A stretch of DNA of 64,000 nucleotides from Eukaryota sp. TZLM1-RC (lineage: Eukaryota > Protista > Metamonada: BaSk clade): assembly GCA_040285825.1 (NCBI GenBank), contig JAUPSS010000001.1, positions 3,720,001 through 3,784,000 on the forward strand. The letters are read 5' to 3'. The position numbers and the translations under genes are program-made. The notes beneath the pieces were generated by a model. That model was not told the DNA's origin, did not search any database, and saw only the letters and a list, made by a program, of their open reading frames with translations. Of the stretch, positions 58,986 through 64,000 are shown in pieces (the stretch's first letter is position 1; each line of letters starts with the position of its first letter).

Positions 58986-59905
58986 ATCAAAGTATAAAAA
59001 CCAATTTTTCTAGACACGTATCGCCAGTGCTCTATGGTTTATCCTTCAATACACCTCAGTTGCAAATCATTGATTAACACATGGACTGAGTACCGGGAAT
59101 AGTTAATGTGAACATGATTCGGGAATGTGTATGTGCCATGAGGGACAATTTCATTCACTAGCAATAATCTAATTACGAGTTTGTAACTATGTTTTGGGTT
59201 TCACGCACTGTAGAGATGAACAGATAACGGAAATTTATGAAGAAGTCTGATAAATTCTGATAAAGTAAAAACAACAACAGATTTAAATGGAGGATGACGA
59301 GATACTTTCCTATTGTGGAAGGTCACGTTGAGCCAAGGCTAACATCTGAACTTTTTGAGAATCTCTACACAATTGAGAAACTGAGTTACCTCAATTGAAA
59401 TTCATGCATTCGAATCCGTAATATAGTAAGTATAACCAAAACCAAAGCACAGAATTCATTAATTCGTTTATTCCTGGAATTCAGCAACGGAATATTATTT
59501 TGAATTGGAATATAATCAATGAAAATTCCAGAATTCTATTTACAATTTTACAATAACTATAATTGATTGCTGATGTTAGTAATTGTGGTAGTGCCAATAT
59601 CCAAAAGAAATCCAAAAGTTGGAATTCCAAAGTATATGGAAATCATAGACTGACATTTAACAAAATTTTTGATTAATGAGAGTACATTTTTATAGGAAAA
59701 ATAAGCAGAAGGTTCTATTTGTGAATGCTGAAAAGCAGTATTTAAATAATGTGAAATAGTCACAAGTTGATGACATTGAAACAACTCTAGCTACATCAAA
59801 ACTTTTTTTATTAATTTTAAATCAAATACTACATCAAAGTAGTGAGCAATGATACTCAACAGAAATACACAATTTAAATAAATAAGAAGAACCTAATCAG
59901 TACAA

Positions 59906-62689
59906 TCAACTAAGTCCTAAATTCGAGATCTTATCTCCCAAATCATCCTTTTCATCATCGACATCAATCACGTCATCAATCACATTTGATTGGCACTCAT
60001 CTTCATCCAAATCAGAATCAGAGAGATCCAGCTTGATTAACCTTCTTTTTGGTTTCTTTTCCACTTTTTTAAATGACATATCATCATCAGAATTGACAAA
60101 TTCAACATCGTCATCACCACAAACAAAGCCATCTAGATCAGTATCATCATCAGTATCATCATAAACGTCATCATCGCTCAAAAACCCACGTGCCCTGTCG
60201 AGAGAAAAATCAGCAAGTCTACCCTCGACCTTCACTGTGGATAGGGGAGTATTTATGTTTCTAAATTTAGTAACAGCTGGAGTAAGCTCAATCCCATTCC
60301 GTCGAAGAGGAGTTTCCTGTCCAATTTCGACTGTCACCGTATGGTTTAAAACCTTTTCATCATTTTGATTATGATTTGATTGATTTTCTATTTTAACCAA
60401 ATGATCATGACGAACAACTCCAACTGGCCCATATTCGAGAAGCTTATTTACATATAAATCGTTTTCAAAATCGTTAGGCATTCTGTCAATAAATCGCTCA
60501 AGCATTGCTGCTTGATCATAATGCTCAACAGGGACGACTATGCGACTGATCTCATCTTCGTCAATCAAATTTGATTGGCACTTGTCTAATGATGTATTAA
60601 CAGTTCTTTTTAAAATTCTTGCGTAGTGTGCCTCTTCAGCTACTGATACAATTCTATACGCAACAACTTCATTTTGTTGCCCTATACGATAAACTCTTCC
60701 TAGAGTTAATTAAACAACAGAAAGAGAAAACACACCAATTGCTTGAATATCTTCACTTGGAGTTAAACCAATATCAGCGATAATCACACGATCTGCCTGA
60801 ACCAAGGTAAGCCCTTCACTGCCACAAGCAGTTGTTAGTACTAAAACTGAAGGTCTGTGTCTATTACAGCTTGGTATGAAATGTTTAAGAACCTTGTGTC
60901 GTTGTTTCTTTGAGAGACATCCTTCATAACTATAAGCAGGAATTGACAAGACTTGTAACAAAAACAAGACCACATCAATAGTAATGAGTCTTTGAACGAA
61001 AACTAAAACAGAGTGATTGTCATTAATTAAATCAGAGATCAATAAGATGATGGCTTTCAACTTTGGTGAATGATCAAGAAGTGCTTGGAATAATTCTTCT
61101 TTTGTTAGAGGTTTTGGAGGAGATTTTGAAGAGTCGCTTTGATGAAAATCATTATTTGATTGATTGACCTGTAGTTCATCATCAACTGATGGGTGACTAA
61201 CAGATTGATTAATATCATCTTCAGTTGGTTTGTTGTAGGAATCATTTATAAGATTTTGAGATTCTTTATAACTCTCAGAGCAACAATCATCAAAAATTGA
61301 TTGATCATCATCACCTGAATGATCTATTGATTGGTTGACAATATCAACAAGACTCTCACGAATTTCCTTAACCGCTGACGAACCTTCTACGTCATCATTT
61401 TGACCTTCATCCAGATCAATACCCTCTTGATTGTCTAGTTTCCGTTCCATCTCATCAATATCAACTTTACACACGTTTCTACAAAATTGCTTAAAATCAA
61501 AGCGGTCCCCATTTTCCAAAGTCCCTACAAAATCCAGAGATTGCAGTTCACTAGTGTAATCATCCCCTTTAACCGTATCAGCAATCTTAACCAAGAAAGG
61601 CGGGAGAGTCGTAATTAACCTTGAATCAGAAACTCTTTTAATCTCAGCACGTTGGTTGTAAAAATTAAACAAATGACATTGAGTTTTAGATAGTGGTACA
61701 AATACAGTATATTCTTTTTTTGGAGGTAAAGAAAGCAAGTCAGAAGACCTCTGGATGAAAATAGGATCAACAAGAGTAACAAGCTCGTTAGTGAGCTGTA
61801 TACACGTGTCAATTTCTTCTGGGCTTGCGGATTTTTCGTGCCCTATTTTGATTTTTTTAGCATATTCTTGATTAAAAACAGTTTCATTAGTAAATAATGT
61901 AGGATCTATAAATGAGATTAACCTGTAGAATTGAATAGGATCACTTTTCATTGGTGTAGCTGATAATAACAACCTAGGGTTAGGGTTGGGGTAAATATAC
62001 CTTTAATAAATACTATTGATTTTAGTCACAATACCTTTGATTAAAACAAGACTTAACACCACAAACCTGAAATAACCAACCATTAGACGTTCAAAAGCTT
62101 GCCTTGTTTTGCTCTTTGGGTTTAAAATGTGGTGTGCTTCGTCTACCACTAATACGTCAAACTCATCCTCTTCCAGCTTGTCTATGAGAGAACGGACCAT
62201 ACCATGGGTGATGAGGAGAATACCACCGTATTGCAGAACATCTGAGATGAGTCTGAATTTTCCCTGCGTGGTGCGGGATGACGTGATCTTGTGAACAGCT
62301 GGGTTGGAACCAGAATAGGAAAGCCAACGGGTGAGTTCCTTGTCCCATGAGTTAATGTGTTCCTCGTTGCGTACTGCGATGAGGATAGACTGGAGAGGAT
62401 TGTGTTTGAGCATAAGAGCCAGGGAAACGATTGCTTGTGCTGTTTTTCCTGGAGTTAATGTGAGGAAAAGCAAACCTAGTCCCATCTCATCGGCAAGGAG
62501 GAAGCCATTCCGATCTCCTAGATAAGAACCAAATATTTTGAGGACACCATGAATCTGAAAGGAATGAAGCTTGGATAGAAGGGTTTCATTTAGGATGGAT
62601 GTATCGATGGTGACTTCAGTTGGCTCAATGGTTGATTCATCTGAAAGATCGTGTGAAGTAGGAGTGTTGGAAGGTGAAGGCCCTTCCAT
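59906..62689 (-). CDS. SNF2-family helicase (Rad54/ERCC6-like); introns 62449-62475, 61974-62066 and 60700-60735
   Basis: Splicing restores LADEMGLGKT, FRLLLSATP and QAIGRVYRIGQ; DEAH, SPKL and GLTL..ADRVI are also present. Confidence 0.9.
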
Positions 62690-63361
62690 TGTTGTTAAAG
62701 TTTTGGCAGGCAATCAGGAATTTAATGGGATCAAATGAAGCAAAAAAGCCTTTCAAAATGCCTTTCATCATCAAAATAAAGTACAACCTCTCCAGGAATT
62801 TCTTATTTGGAAACATTACGGTGATTGTCTGATGAGCACATAACATCAACGGCAAATAAAGGTGGACTGCATTTTTTATTTTAATATTTTTGAAAATTGT
62901 TTGGTTTTTTCAACTATTACCCATCAGTCTTTTGAGACCTTTTCTATTGAACAGCAGAGCACAGAATTTGGTATGTAATTTCATGATTGTTTGATGACTA
63001 GGAGCACGCAGGTTCCGCACCCTGTGTCATCGTTATCTGAAGATTTGGTGTGTGAGCAAAGAAACAATCAAAACTAGAATTATTAAATGCGTCAGATTCC
63101 AACTGACAAAAAATGTAAAAGATTGATATAACACGAGTTGATGTTTACACAAATTGCGTGTTGCACTGGCAATCAAAGTTTGCAAAGAAACATCAACGAT
63201 AACGACCATGTGCATGATTCCCCTAACTAACTTACCTCATGCACGAAGAGTAGTGAAGAAGTTGACTACAACTATAGAGCTTGAGTGAGATTTGAGTACA
63301 CAATGAAGACATCAAGAAAAGTCATACCCAGCAAACAAAGTGGCAACACAATGGTGTTTCA

Positions 63362-64000
63362 ATGAGATATGGGTTTGGTGTATGCTTCAAAAGTTGTATT
63401 CACAAAAAATTGCATGCATTTTATTCAATGCCAAACTTCGTCTTCAACAGTGATACCTTACAACGGGTCAAATCCAGGATCCAACCAATCTCACCATCAG
63501 TTCCAATGACAGTAGAGGAAGGTGCCTATTACTATGAGGAAACTGCTAATGACTTGGTGGAGGCTTTGGCTCAAGGAAGTCTTCACAGTCCACAACACTT
63601 GGTTACAAAAGTATCACCCAGTGAAGGCACTGTACAAGACCTTCAACAGTGCATGGAAGAAAAAACATCTATTGAAGAAAAGCTGAATAGATGTAATGAA
63701 CAAGTTGCTTCTCTTAGAAATGACTTGAAGAATCTCGAAATCAAGCATCACAAAACCATTGAGAATATACAAACAGAACTTCTGCGTCAAACTGAATCAA
63801 TTCCACATCTACATGAAGAAATAGACGTACTGAAAGATGAAAACAAGGAGCTACGTGAACATATAGATGTACTGAAAGATGAAAACAAGGAGCTACGTGA
63901 ACATATAGATGTACTGAAAGATGAAAACAAGGAGCTACGTGAACATATCCAACAACAAGATGACCATATAAGAGAACTGCAAAACGACAACAAGCATCTA
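63362..64000 (+). CDS. Partial coiled-coil protein running off the window end
   Basis: Open frame to the window end with heptad-rich IDVLKDENKELREH repeats; start uncertain. Confidence 0.55.
   Translation, partial: MRYGFGVCFKSCIHKKLHAFYSMPNFVFNSDTLQRVKSRIQPISPSVPMTVEEGAYYYEETANDLVEALAQGSLHSPQHLVTKVSPSEGTVQDLQQCMEEKTSIEEKLNRCNEQVASLRNDLKNLEIKHHKTIENIQTELLRQTESIPHLHEEIDVLKDENKELREHIDVLKDENKELREHIDVLKDENKELREHIQQQDDHIRELQNDNKHL
63821..63946 (+). repeat. 42-bp tandem repeat x3 (coding)
   Basis: ATAGA(C/T)GTACTGAAAGATGAAAACAAGGAGCTACGTGAACAT. Confidence 0.95.

Noticed and set aside
63787-63993. Minus-strand Ser/Cys repeat ORF
   Set aside because: Antisense of the plus-strand coiled-coil repeat

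Overview
AT-rich, gene-dense eukaryotic (protist-like) nuclear DNA using the standard genetic code. It has very small spliceosomal introns (27-36 nt) and TTAGGG-type repeats. Host genes include NTMT1, CLP1, a RING-TRAF zinc-finger E3, a 2633-aa RNF213-like multi-AAA+ protein, a shortened SF3B1, a BTB protein, a TPT-family transporter, calcineurin B-like, a TMC-like channel, a CRT10-like WD protein, DPY30, CFAP221-like, a SNF2 helicase and an initiator tRNA-Met. Intergenic space is filled with decayed mobile DNA: several families of CRE/SLACS-like RT-RLE non-LTR retrotransposons, plus MuDR and hAT remnants. Main highlights: (1) a near full-length but disabled Fanzor1 (eukaryotic TnpB) element at 8.7-11.2 kb; a second copy of its 3' end at 43.1-43.6 kb delimits a ~330-nt structured candidate omegaRNA and its guide boundary; (2) a second, different Fanzor1 family remnant at 29.6-30.5 kb; (3) a 93-nt intron in the SNF2 gene built from three back-to-back GT-AG mini-introns, suggesting recursive splicing; (4) telomeric-repeat insertions in coding sequence and in an intron; (5) an atypical initiator tRNA. 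All family assignments come from motif recognition by eye; no database searches were run.
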